Shown here: piece by piece, positions 49,779 to 62,494 of the stretch
How positions within the stretch are numbered: position 1 is the stretch's first letter
Layout of the letters: every line of letters begins with the position of its first letter
NCBI RefSeq assembly: GCF_006345805.1
Contig: NW_021831993.1
Location: 1-64,000 of the forward strand
Direction of reading: 5' to 3'
Length of the DNA stretch: 64,000 nucleotides
Source: Octopus sinensis
Lineage: Eukaryota
Notes under the pieces: generated by a model
Seen by the model: only the letters and a program-made list of their open reading frames with translations
Databases searched by the model: none
What the model was told of the DNA's origin: nothing
Translations under genes and position numbers: made by a program

Positions 49779-49912
49779 TTTGATTATACGATAGGAAGGC
49801 AAATTCCGACGGAAAGTGGCCCGGATGTCATCATATTCTGGTCCTTTTGTGACTTTAACAGTTTTAAATAATTCTTTGTCTCCCATTAGTGACCATGTAA
49901 CAGGGACCAATT
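49779..49912 (-). CDS. PARP exon, start of catalytic domain
   Basis: CTCTAG| acceptor, |GTTTGT donor. 134 nt: xLVPVTWSLMGDKELFKTVKVTKGPEYDDIRATFRRNLPSYRIIK, resembling the PARP14/15 P..W..M...PEY...F pattern; phase 0 fits the IERIQN exon. Confidence 0.85.
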
Positions 49913-50118
49913 CTAGAGTTCAAACAGAAATCAAATATTTCAGAACAATTATAAGAATATGAACCTTTTTTCTGTTGAATGTTTATAAAAAACAGGAATA
50001 TTTTGACAAAATGTTGGGTTTAGACAAGAAATACTGAATTACTAATGATTACTATAGTTTAGTAGTAGTAGTCATGGTGGTAGAGGCGGTGGTGGTGGTG
50101 GTAGTAGTAGTAGTAGTG

Positions 50119-50151
<33 letters not shown>

Positions 50152-52184
50152 CAGGTGGGGTTGGGTTGTGGGTGTAGTGAAGAACTCCTACCAAAGCAGA
50201 AATTAGAGCACAATACAGTCCTTGCACCGACATCAAACCATCCAACCCATTGCTGGCATGGAAAACAGACGTTAAAAGATTATGATGATGATGATGATGA
50301 TGATGACATCATCGTTAGCCCCTACACACATTTTTTTCTCTCCTTGTTCTTTCTGTGTCCCTTTCTGTAGAAGAGCGTAGGCTTGAAACGTAAAAGACTT
50401 TTTCAATTCCTGACCGTTATACTAATACATCTGTTTGTGTTATACACCACTTGTCTTCGTCTTTTGTTTTTTTCGTAAACTTTCCCTAAATATTTGCATA
50501 TATTTATTTGAAGTGATGTACAGGTTTATGTATTTAGAAAAAAGAGGTAATCAGAAGTTTGGATAATTGTTATACAGAAAGAAACAAGGAAAGCTTTCAT
50601 TCTCTTTTTCCTTCTTTCTTCCTATCTTTTCATTTTTCTGCCTTTCTCCTTGTCTTTTTCTATTTCTTTTACCCTTTCTTCTTTTCAACCAAGCCACTAA
50701 AAATTCACCACACACATCCATAGATTCAAAATAAAAAAGAACCTTCTCTTTCCAATTCAACTCCAGATGAGCACCATTATACACCACACAGTTTAGCAAT
50801 GATCACCTCATTCAAGTTTCCATTTATTTTGATACGTGCAAAGTGTATAATATGTCAGATAATAAACTTTGTTGGTTGTATATTATGACAAAGGGCAAAT
50901 GTATTGAGAGAAAAGTTGGGCACAAGAGGAATCAAATGTAGCATGCAAGAGAGAAGACATGTGATGCATATGAATGAGGATAGCCATATAGAGAAGTGCC
51001 AGTCACTGAACGTGGATGGCATCTGTGGAAAAGGGGAAACCCTGGAAGACATGGGATGAAGTGGTGGAGACTGATCTCAGGTTTTTAAGCCTCATGGAGG
51101 AAATGACAATGGATCAAGATGTCTGGGCAATATGAGGCTTTTGAGAAGACCTACCCATTTCAGTGTATCTGTGTTCTAGAAGCTCTGTGTGTTCCACATG
51201 CAACAATAAATCTTTCCACACATCCTACCCCAACAAACAAAAGTACATCACTTTCTCCCATTTCCACTTCATGCATTAGGCTTATCTCTCACTCCTCAAT
51301 CCCTTCCTCATGGCCCTACTCACTGACTCATTGCTATCCCATGGTACCCCACCCCTTCTATATACCCAGGTTTTCACCAGCCACTGCACTACTCTTGGCC
51401 CTTATGCTTCTTTGCCAATACCCTGCCACTTATATTATGACCTCCATACCTTGAGGTTCTACCCTGGCACTTACCACCCCCTATCACTCTCTCCCTTTAC
51501 AATCCAATTCATATTCTGATCCCTGCTCCTTGTGAGTAAGCCCTGGCACTTTGCTACCACCCCTCTCCTACTCTCACTTACCCTCTTGCTCTCTCCCACT
51601 CTCTTTTCCTTTTGATCTTCCCTAAGGCTGGACAGCCATGTGTCTCCTCTACAGCGGTACACATGTTACTGTCTTCATTCTTGATCACTCTCTCTCTCTC
51701 TACCTCCCTGGTAAATCATGAACCTCCCCCTACAACAGGATATGGGTTTCTGCTCCTGTTTCTCCATCACACTCGAACCTAATGCTCTCTCCCCCTCTCA
51801 AAGGGTCTTTGTCTTGCAATTTACTTGGTGACCCTGACAGTGCAGGTGCCACTTCAAAGTACCCAGTGCACTCTGTAAAGTGGTTGGCATTTGGAAAGGA
51901 CATCCAGTTGTAAAAAGCTTACAAAAACTGACCTGACCTGAGCAAGTGCCACGTAAAAAGCACTCAGTCCAATCTACTGGGTGGGTGTGTTAAGAAGGGC
52001 ATCCAGTTGTAGAACTGTGCCAAAACAGACACAAAAGTCTGCTGCAGGCACCTACCTGGCCAGGTCCTGTCAAACCATGCAACCCATGACAGCATGGAAG
52101 GAGGAAGTTAAAAGATGATGATCATGACATACATGTTCATACAATGTCAAAGCACTTGTGCAGCTGTCACGTGAAAAGCATGTG

Positions 52185-53010
52185 TGCCAGTACCATGTAT
52201 AAAGTACCTCTACTGGTACCATGTATAAAGCACCTCTATTGGTACCATGTATAAAGCACCTCTAGTGGTACCATGTATAAAGCACCTCTATTGGTACCAT
52301 GTATAAAACACCTCTACTGGTACCATGTATAAGCACCTCTATTGGTACCATGTATAAAGCACCTCTACACATCCCATTTATAAAGCACCAGTGTTAGTAC
52401 CATGTATAAAGTACCTCTACTGGTACCATGTACAAAGCACATCTACTGGTAACATGTATAAAACACCTCTACTGGTACCATGTATAAAGCATCTCTACTG
52501 GTACCATGTATAAAGCACCTCTATTGGTACCATGTATAAAGCACCTCTATTGGTACCATGTATAAAGCACCTCTACTGGTACCATGTATAAAGCTCCTCT
52601 ATTGGTACCATGTATAAAGCACCTCTACTCATCCCATTTATAAAGCACCAGTGTTAGTACCATGTATAAAGTACCTCTACTGGTACCATGTATAAAGCAC
52701 CTCTAGTGGTACCATGTATAAAGCACCTCTATTGGTACCATGTATAAAACACCTCTATTGGTACCATGTATAAAGCACCTCTACTCATCCCATTTATAAA
52801 GCACCGGTGTTAGTACCATGTACAAAGCACATCTACTGGTACCATGTATAAAACACCTCTACTCGTACTATGTATAAAGCACCTCTACTGGTACCATGTA
52901 TAAAGCACCTCTACTGGTACCATGTATAAAGCACCTCTACTCATACTATGTATAAAGCACCTCTACTGGTACCATGCATAAAGCACCTCTATTGTTACCA
53001 TGTATAAAGC
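52185..53010. repeat. 26-bp minisatellite (GGTACCATGTATAAAGCACCTCTAYT)n, roughly 30 units, with recurring variant blocks
   Basis: GGTACC recurs at 52215 and 52241 (period 26). The variant unit CATCCCATTTATAAAGCACCAGTGTTAGTACC recurs at ~52370, 52630 and 52787. Confidence 0.95.
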
Positions 53011-54519
53011 ACCAGTGTTGGTGCCACATAAAAACCACCGAGTGCACTCTGTAAAGTGGTGGGCATTAGGAAGGGTATCAAACCATAGAAACCATGCCAA
53101 AACAGACAATTGGAGTGTGCTCTTCTCTCTTATACGCTGCATCTAATTCCTATTATGCCTACTTTCACTGCACATTCAAAGGTGAATGCTAGCCTCATTT
53201 CTCTCTAATCTTCACATGTCCTCCACATTGAGGGCCATGTCTTGCTACCATGTAGAATTGCTGTTCGACTTGCATAAGCTCACAAGGAATGAAGCCAGTA
53301 TGCTCCGATGGATGTATAATGTCAGTGTTCATACTAGACAGAGTGTAAGTACGTTGTGAGAAAAGTTGGACCTAAGAAACATCAGATGTGGTGTGCAAGA
53401 GAGACGATTGCGCTGGTATGGTCATGTGGCGAAAATGGATGAGGATAGCTGTGTGAAAATGTGCCACACCCTAGTGGTTGAGGGAACCTGTGGAAGAGGT
53501 AGACCCAAGAAGGCCTGGGATGAAGTTGTGAAGCATGACCTTCGAACTTTAGGCCTCGCCAAGGAAATGACTAGCGACTGAGACTTTTGGAAATATGCTG
53601 CACTTGAGAAGAAACTATTGACTACCTCTAGAGCTTCCAAAGCATTTGGAAAAAACCGATTTCCACATTATCTGGAAGATTTTATGGCCCCTGTGCCTCT
53701 TCCACACACGAACACTACTTTCTCTGATACCCTTCCTATTATTCCATTGTACCCCTTGTGTGTCCATAGCTGGCACTGGGTACACCATATGGAACTTGTG
53801 CTTGCACATTTCTTACACATCGAGCAGGGCCACTTACCTGAAGAGAGTAGTGTACTGTCTGTTTTCTTGCTTACTAAAGCCTTAGTCTATGCTAAGTTAA
53901 CCATAAGGCCCTAAAATTTCAGCTTTTGCCTCCTCACCTGGAATTTCTTTTCTAGCTTTGGTATAAAATCTGTTTGAGGGCAAGATTGTCAGCATATAGT
54001 AGTTCTGAGGGGGCTGCCAGTCTTGAATCCCTCTCTTATGACGTGGAAGATAATAATGAAATGTAGGGGACTGAGCCTTCATTAACACTTAAAATGTACA
54101 CCATTTTCTTTGCTGTACTCATGGTTAACTGTCACCTTGCTAACAAAGCCCATCTACATGGATGGCCTGTATAGCTTTCACAAGTCTATCCCTAGCCTCC
54201 TCAGATCCCACCTTGCCACACAACAGAGTACTCAAAAGAAAGCTTCCTCTAGATCAACAAATGCAAAGTATAATTCTTTAGTCTTAGCCAAGTATTTCTT
54301 TTGCAAATACCATTGAAATATATGTACAAAGACAACTGTATAAAGAAGTGTCAATTGCTTAAAATTGTTGGAATCTGTGGAAGAGGGAGACTCGGGAAAA
54401 TATGGGATGAATTAGTGAGGGTCAGTCTCAAGACTTTGAGCCTCACAGAGGTAATAACGATGGAATGAGAAGTCAGCTGATTTATGTACAAACAATAACA
54501 AAAAATAATGGTGCTATAT

Positions 54520-57500
54520 TTATTTAATCAGGAATGCAACGTTTTTCCAAGTCGTTTTATTCTTGAGAATCAATCAAGTTTCTTCACTTGCTTGATGATT
54601 CACTTTCCTTCGAAAATAATCTTTTAAAAAACACAATGCATTCAGTGTTTTACCTGATAAACTTGTCCTAATTTTTGTGTTGAAAAATCCAGTAATTGAA
54701 AAAGCTCTTTCTGACTGGGCACTTGTTGCTTTAGTTGTAAGCAATGTTCTTCTAAGTTTCTCGAGCTTTTCACTTCTGTTCGAAGTTGCTTCAAAATATT
54801 CAAATTCTTTAGAGATTCCAAATCCATCTGATACTATCTTGGGGGGGTCTTCATTCATTTTCTTCATTGCACTTCTGTATTCACGCATGAGTTCATTACC
54901 TTCGTAAGTAGATGGGACAACAATAACACTTAATTTTAGGTTCCCTCCTATTTCATTTTCTTTGTATAATTCTGTTGTGTTCTCTGCATCATGTTCAGGA
55001 AATAATCTCCTATATGTTTGTTCAGCATACTTCCTTAAATGTTGTTTCGTTAAAAAAAGAAAAGGTCCAGAAATTGACTCACCTTTAAATTTCCTAGGGT
55101 TGTGTAAATACCTCAAGAGAGTCAAGGTTTCGACATTTCTTCTCTTATTATATCTATGCATAAGTCTTTCACGAAGATTTAGAGCCAAAGGATTGCTGAC
55201 AATATTAAGTTTATTCACTAAAAATTCTAAAGAATATTCCGCTTTCAGTAAACCCGTATCATCAGCGCAAATAGCCTTCAAAATAATTTCTACTGAATGC
55301 AAAATTTCATATAGTAAATTGAGAGATTTCCATTCTTCGTCAGCTACAGCATCTGTGGAAAGTTCTGCTCGTAGAGCATTTGGAATGCAGCTTTTCAATT
55401 TAAAAAATTTCTCAATCATATGGAATGTGCTATTCCACTGAGTTCTGCAATCCAGTATAAGTTTATATTCTCTGTTATCAAAGTTCGCTCGTACAAACTC
55501 TTTCATTTTTTGTGGGAGATTTATGGAAAAGTTTTGAAATTTTTCTTACCTTATTTAAAACTTTATTAAATTCAGGTTTTAGCTGGGGAAAACAAGCATT
55601 TTCGTGAGCCAAATCTGTTTGAAAAGTGTGTCTTGTTGGCTTATGTCAGCTTCATCATCACTATCGTCTGTTATAGCGATCTCTTCACTTTTTATATCGG
55701 TCTCATCAGTTGAGGCAATATTTTCAATATTTTTTTGATAGAGAATGTCAATCACAGACGGATGTATGCAATGTGTGAGACATTGTTGGTGATCAGGTCT
55801 TATTTCTTTTCTGAATTTCACCATCATAGAAGCACCATCCGTTGTACAGCCAACAATGTGTATATCAAAATCCAATCCAAATTCATGAAGATGTCCTCTC
55901 ACAAATTACTCTGTTCTCCTGAGCCATGGATCTCAATGAGACCCAACGACCAATGATTGTCTTTCCCATGAACATTTATGTTCATATATCGTTTATTTTG
56001 AATTGATGTGTATTCATCCAATGTCAGTGAGTAATGCTGCTTCTTTTTAGAAATAATGAATAAGTTCTTCTTTCTTGATTATGTAATAATTCATTACCAT
56101 ATTCCTGACTCCGTTTGCAGATGCTGGTTGTAATTTATCATATTTGCCTCTCTGACTATGAAGATTTCTCTGAATAAAATCGCTTTTGGTGATTGAATTG
56201 AAAGAGAATCCATCCATAGCAGCTGACTTTGAAACCTCTTCTTCCATTGATTTCTTTGTTACAAAGTGTTCCATTGTTGTTGTCATTTTCACAGGAGGCG
56301 GGTTTGCATCTTGATTTATGTCGATTTGATGAATTTTCTTCAAGTGCAAGATCAGAGACGTAGTAGAGCCTCCAGAAGACTTCATGATCTTATCACACTT
56401 ATTGCATTGAGCTTCATCTTTGTTTTTCCTATCGAAAACATTCCAAACAGTTGATTTTCTTTTTATCATGCTAGGGCTAATGAAAATAATTAATAAAAAT
56501 TCTAGTTAGTGTTACTTCCTTGAAATGAATCTGGAACTGGTTATTACATATGCTCAACAGGTAAGATCACCTGACTGAAGACTAACAACATCCCCTTGAC
56601 TTGCTTTGAATAAACCCTGTTACCTCTGTAGTGGATGCGTGGATGTATTAATAAATACATAAGTGCTTTGTAATAAATTAAAGATTTATTATCACTACAT
56701 CAATTTGTAAGCAATGTTACACATCGCTTGTACAAAATGCATATTAAATAGTGGTTGCAAATAATACATATTAAAGGAATGCATAATACAGGATACACAT
56801 TAAAGCAGAATATGTTTGATGGTGCGTGTGTGTGCGTGTGTGTAAATCATGCATGACAGAGTCACCTTTCTGATTATTCTTTCGTCGTCCTCATAAATGC
56901 GTGTCGTTCTCTTAAACGTTGGTTCGGGTTCTCTCTAGATACCTATTTCTCCGTTCTATTTATAACATCTCAAATAGCCAGAAAAATAGATATACCGCAA
57001 GAGTGTTATTGCGTACAGTAGGTCGCTGGTCGTCCTGTTAAACTTCGCCTGACCTGCTCGGGTCAGAGGTCGAAGGGAGACGATCCATCATTTTTTGTCA
57101 GAACAAAGAGATTCTGATTTCGCGCCTTTTTGTGCATTGGTATTTTACGACCAATGATTCTTGGGTCTGATTTCGAATCCAAGCTTTGAGAAGGAAGTGC
57201 TAATTCTTACACCTCCAAATTCAAAGAGTCGGCCAGGGGTTAGCGAAGAAAATGACAAGGTGCTGATCTAAGGTTCAAGGGGAGAGAAGGTGAGAATTGA
57301 TATGTTGCGATATGTTTCAATGAATCAGACAGCACTCTCAGCTAAAGGTGACTGACAACAGTTCAGTTAGTTCAGTTTCAACGATATTTCTTCAAAACAA
57401 AAAAATGGAGAAATGTTTTGCGAAAAAAAACCCAGAAACAGCAAGCATTAAAATTGGTTTTGGCAAATCCGTTTCGGTTTTACTGATCATAATATAAAAC

Positions 57501-57530
57501 CGGTTTTATAAAACCAGTTTCGAGGCCCAG
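54520..57530 (-). mobile_element. hAT DNA transposon with frameshifted transposase (BED finger, DDE, dimerisation domain)
   Basis: STVWNVF..AQCNKCDK..GSTTSLILHLKKIH; LTLDEYTS; VGCTTDGASMM; CLTHCIH; LDCRTQWNSTF; TSAQSERAFS. A terminal-like GGGCCTCGAAACTGGTTTT lies at ~57528; the other TIR was not found. Confidence 0.9.
56509..57359. mobile_element. Possible solo LTR or other insertion in the hAT 5' region
   Basis: TGTTAC...CAACA ends and an internal AATAAA. The target duplication is not convincing (GTTAG vs GTTCA). Confidence 0.25.
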
Positions 57531-57534
57531 TAAA

Positions 57535-58048
57535 TATGAATATGAAGTAAGAGAGAACTGGTATGAGCATGTACCAAGAAAGTTATACAGGATGATGGAA
57601 AAGTAATGATACTCTGGGACTATGATTTTCAGACGGATCGTGTAATTGAACACCGTCAGCCGGATTTTGTCATATTGAGAAAGTGAGACGAATACTGTCA
57701 GATCATTGATGTAACCATACCAAATGACATGAATGTTGTGAGTAAAGAGGCTGGAAATATCCCCAAGTACTCTGAATTGAAAGTGGAAATGGCAAGACTG
57801 TATGGAATGCATGAGGGTAATGTTAAAGTGATACCAGTGGTGATCAGAATGCTGGGTTCAATCCCATTGAAACTTCAAAACTTCTTAAGGCAACTGGAAA
57901 TCCCTTGCAAGATTGATATCTTACAAAAAGCAGCCTATTTGGGCACAGCGCACATCTTAAGGAAAGTATTATCCGTCTGAGGTCCTTGTTGTGACTTGAC
58001 AGATGACTAAAGACTCCAGTGCATTTTTACCTACACTGTATTACGAAG

Positions 58049-58080
<32 letters not shown>
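57535..58080 (+). mobile_element. Dong/R4 3' fragment (RLE domain) ending in (TAA)n
   Basis: WDYDFQTDRVIEHRQPDFV..., KYSELKVEMARLY..KVIPVVIRMLG...AAYLGTAHILRKVL*, then UTR and (AAT)n. Confidence 0.85.
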
Positions 58081-58081
<1 letters not shown>

Positions 58082-58116
58082 TATAATATCAGTTTTACAG
58101 TTGCATGGTACCTTAC

Positions 58117-58164
58117 CTTTGTTCTTTTCAAAAGGCCAGAATTTTCTCCAAAGCCTGTGCACAC
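58117..58164 (-). CDS. Probable upstream 48-nt exon of the PARP gene
   Basis: Pyrimidine tract TTCTATCTTTCCTTTCTTTTATATAAG| and donor AAAG|GTAAGG. The phase 1-1 reading xVHRLWRKFWPFEKNK(E) joins in frame to exon 49912. Confidence 0.5.
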
Positions 58165-58221
58165 CTTATATAAAAGAAAGGAAAGATAGAACATAATAAT
58201 GATGATGATGATGTTGATGAT

Positions 58222-59150
58222 TTCATTTATTTTCCCACAAGGGCAAAAGTTGAGGGAGACAATACAAAGACAGACATAAAGTGTGGGGGGTTTACATGTA
58301 ATAATGAAATGGTAAATGAATAAAAAGAAAGAGGTTTACACGGTATACACTGGGAAAGAGGACACACATGCATAGCATACAGAGGTACAAACAAAATGTG
58401 GGAGGGAGGATGATAAAAGATGTGGCCCACCTGATACAGGAATGCCTCTAGGAATAATTGAGGAACTCCACTGCCTGACATTTCCCTGAATCCCTATGAG
58501 CAAATCCCTTCTCCAATTCCTTCTCTCCGACTCGCAGGTCTACACTTAGAGAGGTACCATCCACTGTTGCAATTTTTGCAACTTTCACCCACCTTTCAAT
58601 AAACTCACTCGAGGACAGCCCTTCTCTCTTCACTCTCAATTTCCTTTTCAAGTGAAACTTGAGGAAGTCAATGAGAGCTCTGCCAAAGAGGAATGGATCT
58701 GTCCTCAGGCCTTTCAGCCTTGTCCACCAAACAACCTCTTTTGCCATAGCCACCAGGCAAAGGAAAACTGCCTTGCCTGCTTGATTGAAGGAGGACGGTA
58801 GTGCAATCATCACTACAGACTCGGCTGACAGATGGATCCGTCCCACATGTTACAGCAGCTGTTCAACATAACTCCACAAGTCAGCAATGCCTGGACACTA
58901 AACAAGAGCATGCAAAATGGTTTCGTCACTCTGCATGCACCTCGGACAAGCCCGTCTGACAGCACATCCATGCCTGTAGAGCTTGTCTCGAACCAGCATT
59001 CCCCCATAGCACTGCCAAGGCAAGGACATCTGGAAATTACCCACAGCTCTTCTCCCTGATGGAGCTGCAGTCATGGGTGAAGAAAAAACCGAGACTGGGC
59101 ACCAGGCACTTAGAATGTCTTCAGGAGCTCACAGCCTTCTACCAGTTGGG
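58222..59150 (-). mobile_element. Tx1-like L1-clade LINE 3' fragment
   Basis: ORF 58448-58846 is similar to 13580-13901 (AMAKE..WWT.LKGL.T...F.K.HLKRK.RV); related 3'UTR. Confidence 0.8.
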
Positions 59151-59250
59151 TAATGGGGGTCAGTGGATGTTCTGCTTTAGAAATCTACAGAGGATTAATA
59201 TCAGGGAAGTGTGATGATGTTCTCGGGGAAACTCTGAGCATTGATGAGAA

Positions 59251-59252
59251 TC

Positions 59253-59315
<63 letters not shown>

Positions 59316-59352
59316 AATGATAATGATAATAATAATGATAATAATAATAATG

Positions 59353-59398
<46 letters not shown>

Positions 59399-59613
59399 TA
59401 TTCAGACAAATACATAACAAAAACACCAGGACTTACAAACACATATAACATACAGAAAATTGCACTACTAGGCACTGCACACATCCTACGCAGAACACTT
59501 TCCATACAATAACCATCAGAGCATCACAACAAATCACAGCACATACCCAAGGCACACAGAGCTGCGCTCGGTAGTGAAGTCAAAGCACGCTATGAAAATA
59601 AAACTACTGAATA

Positions 59614-59654
<41 letters not shown>

Positions 59655-59709
59655 AATAATGATAATGATAATAATAATGATAATAATAATGATAATAATA
59701 ATAATAATG

Positions 59710-59754
<45 letters not shown>

Positions 59755-59755
59755 T
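59251..59755 (+). repeat. Long (TAA/TGA)n microsatellites enclosing a Dong/R4 3' end (~59400-59610); shorter copy of the same 3' end at ~62355-62420
   Basis: IQKIALLGTAHILRRTLSIQ*, then ...CCCAAGGCACACAGAGCTGCGCTCGGTAGTGAAG...CTACTGAATAATAAT. Confidence 0.85.
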
Positions 59756-60939
59756 TGAAGAGTGCCAGCATTGACAGTGGTTGGACATGTTCTTGCTTCT
59801 CTGACCAGTCAGCAACTGAAGACACAGAATTACACTAATACAAGTCAGATGGACAACTGAAAAATAACTCTTAAAGACTGGAATATCCACAGATTCCTAT
59901 GAGTATTTTAAATTTCCCTCAAAATGAGAAACTTACATATCTAAAGTCTTCCAAGGCACAAATGATCAGCTTTAAAATCTTTAATATCTACAACTTCTGT
60001 GAATACCTATCTTTTCCTTTCTTCCTGAGTATTCGAAAATGTAAACATCCTCTTTATTCTAAGAACGTTACAGTTTTCTCTGTTCAGACCTACGGACAAA
60101 TATCTCTAAAAAATTTAGAAACTTTAATATCTGCAATTTTATGTGAAAATTTGATCTTTCATTTTTCCCTGACCACCCAAATATGTAAATATACATTTCA
60201 CTGTAACAACACAATTAAATGCATGATAAAAAACAAAAAAATCAAGAAGGTAAGCACCTGCCAATATATACAAACTGCACAATTACAAAAACTGTAAACC
60301 ACAGCAAAACTTATAAAACAAAAATAAAAATAAAAAAATAAAAATTCAGAAATTCAAGGAGGTGAACAGCAGTATATCTATATCTATATCTATATCTATA
60401 TCTATATCTATATATATATAATTACTTAGAAATAAAACAAGGTGAATTGGTTCTTTTCAAGGCCAAGGTCAGCGCTCTCATTGATCGATAGTAGTAGTAA
60501 ACACATTTGACCTCTGCAGCCCCCAAAGGTGTGAGGCTGCTTTTGTCTCTTTATGACACAGGAATGCCCATTGCTAATCTCTTCACCATCTGCCGAATGT
60601 ATTTACAGACTTGTAGAATTTAATCTCTTCACCAAGCTGTCTCTTTTGCTCCTACTATTCCCTTAAACACTCACATATTTATGATCATCTCAAGTACAAG
60701 ACAAAAGTTGAAACTAAAAGCATTCAATAATACCTTTTAATAATAAATAGAATTAATAATAATGATGGTAATAATGATAATAATAATAATAATTTAGCCA
60801 AAACTGAAGTTGGGTCAGAGGAAATATTAACAATGACAAATATTAGTAAAAAAAAAATGAAAATAATAATATCAGTGGTGATAATAATAATAACAAAAGG
60901 GAGTGGTTGGAATCTCCTATGCTCTGATTGATGATGCAT

Positions 60940-62280
60940 CTAGTGATGGTGTCACAATAAAAACACTGGTAATTGCGTAACCTGATAATGGCCACCTCAG
61001 ATGAGTGACAACAAAAAACAAAAAATATTGGGAATAACGGTGGGAAAGAAACTGAAGCCCTTGATGGTGACAGTGTTACACCCGGCAGGCTCAGAGATTC
61101 TGGTCCGACTCCAGCCTGTTGTTACCTAGGAAAGGACCAGCACACATGGCGTAGATGGAACAAACATGTCAATGTTATGGTTAAAGAGTTTTACTACCTG
61201 AACAACGCCATAGACGAAAATGGTGTTCATCTTAGGGGATACCGACAACGTATGTATGATCAATGGAGAAAAAGAGGATTGTTTCAACTCACGGAACTGA
61301 GACTATGTGATTAAGCTAGAGTAATAAAAAAAAATTGTTGGTTCACAGTAGAGCTCGAAGCTCTCAAAAGATGGGTGTTGGAAAATAGCAGCCGAGGAAA
61401 TGATGAAAATACAGTTCTTACTGATAAAAGTAATTTCATAGCAGAAAACAGAGGTGAGATCTCTAATAAACCACTGGAAAGGAACAGTGATAGCTTGCTC
61501 AATGAGAGACATATACAGGGGTTGGACAAAGTAATGGAAACACCTAGTATCATAGCATCAAAATTTTGAAATATCTATAAAACTATTAAAAGCTTGTTTA
61601 TTTTTATGTTTTTTATATTTATTATTAGTGTTACTTAATATGTTTTGCTAAAATTGCTGTTTCTTTTCAGATATCATTAGAAAAGGGAATTAAAATTCAT
61701 TAAAATGACAGATCTATCGAACTTACAAAGTGGTCAAATTGTTGGTGCTTGTATGGCAGGCACTAGCATAATGAAAACAGCCAAAATATTTGGTGTGTCA
61801 ATAAGTACTGTCTCGAAAGTAATGACAGCCTTTGAGAAAGAGGGAAAAACCTCCTCATCAAAACAAAGCTCCGGAAGAAAACCAAAACTTTCAGATAGGG
61901 ACTGTTGCACTCTTATGCGAATTATTAGAAAGGATCACAGAAGTACAGCTCTCCGAATTACTGCAGAGCTTAATGACCACCTCCAGAACCCGGTTTCCAC
62001 AAAAACTGTTTGCAGGGAGCTGTACAAAGCCGGATTTCACATGAGGGCTGCAATCAGAAAACCACTACTTTCAAAAACAAACATTGCAAAGCATTTAAAG
62101 TGGAGTAAAATCCTATGGAACTGGTCCCTAGAGCAGTGGAAGGTATCCAGGCACAACAAAATCCCCAACTTCTGGTTAAAATACCTAACAGGAACACATA
62201 AAATGTTGGCTGAGAAATTTAATGACATATTAGCAGAGCCAGAGACAAGGCCTGAATGACTCGCAAACGGGATGGCATAA
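60940..62280 (+). mobile_element. Dong/R4 5' remnant interrupted by a Tc1 transposon
   Basis: WNKHVNVMVKEFYY...GYRQRMYDQWRKRGLFQLTELRLCD*AR (61155-61350). RT start NFWLKYLTGTHKMLAEKFN..PE at 62143-62275. Confidence 0.7.
61600..62142 (+). mobile_element. Tc1/mariner transposon fragment (HTH DNA-binding domain only, DDE absent)
   Basis: From 61705: MTDLSNLQSGQIVGA...GVSISTVSKV...SGRKPKLSDRD...VSTKTVCREL.KAGF..RAAIRKPLL...WSLEQWK, fused directly to Dong sequence. Confidence 0.88.
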
Positions 62281-62416
62281 TAACGATTCTGCTATCTTGA
62301 ATGAATAATAATAAAAATGATGATAATAATAATGATAATAATAATAATAATAATACCCAAGGCACACAGAGCTGTGCTCGGTAGTGAAGTGAAAGCACGC
62401 TATAAAAATAAAACTA

Positions 62417-62456
<40 letters not shown>

Positions 62457-62494
62457 TAATAATAATAATATAATAATAATAATAATAATAATAT

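Noticed and set aside
52185-53010. CRISPR-like repeat array
   Set aside because: Units are contiguous with no unique spacers, there are no cas genes, and the context is eukaryotic.
55500-55580. Intron in the hAT transposase (AAG|GTAAGA)
   Set aside because: The region translates as the typical hAT motif NKVRKISKLFHKSPTKN; ORF breaks are better explained by frameshifts.
59160-59890. Poly-Ile/Tyr/Asn/Leu ORFs (also 50074, 63297, 28214-28529)
   Set aside because: Translations of TAA, TAG and TATG microsatellites.
59930-60200. Additional PARP coding exon (acceptor near 60200, GTAAGT donor near 59936)
   Set aside because: All three minus-strand frames contain stops; at best a non-coding exon, unsupported here.
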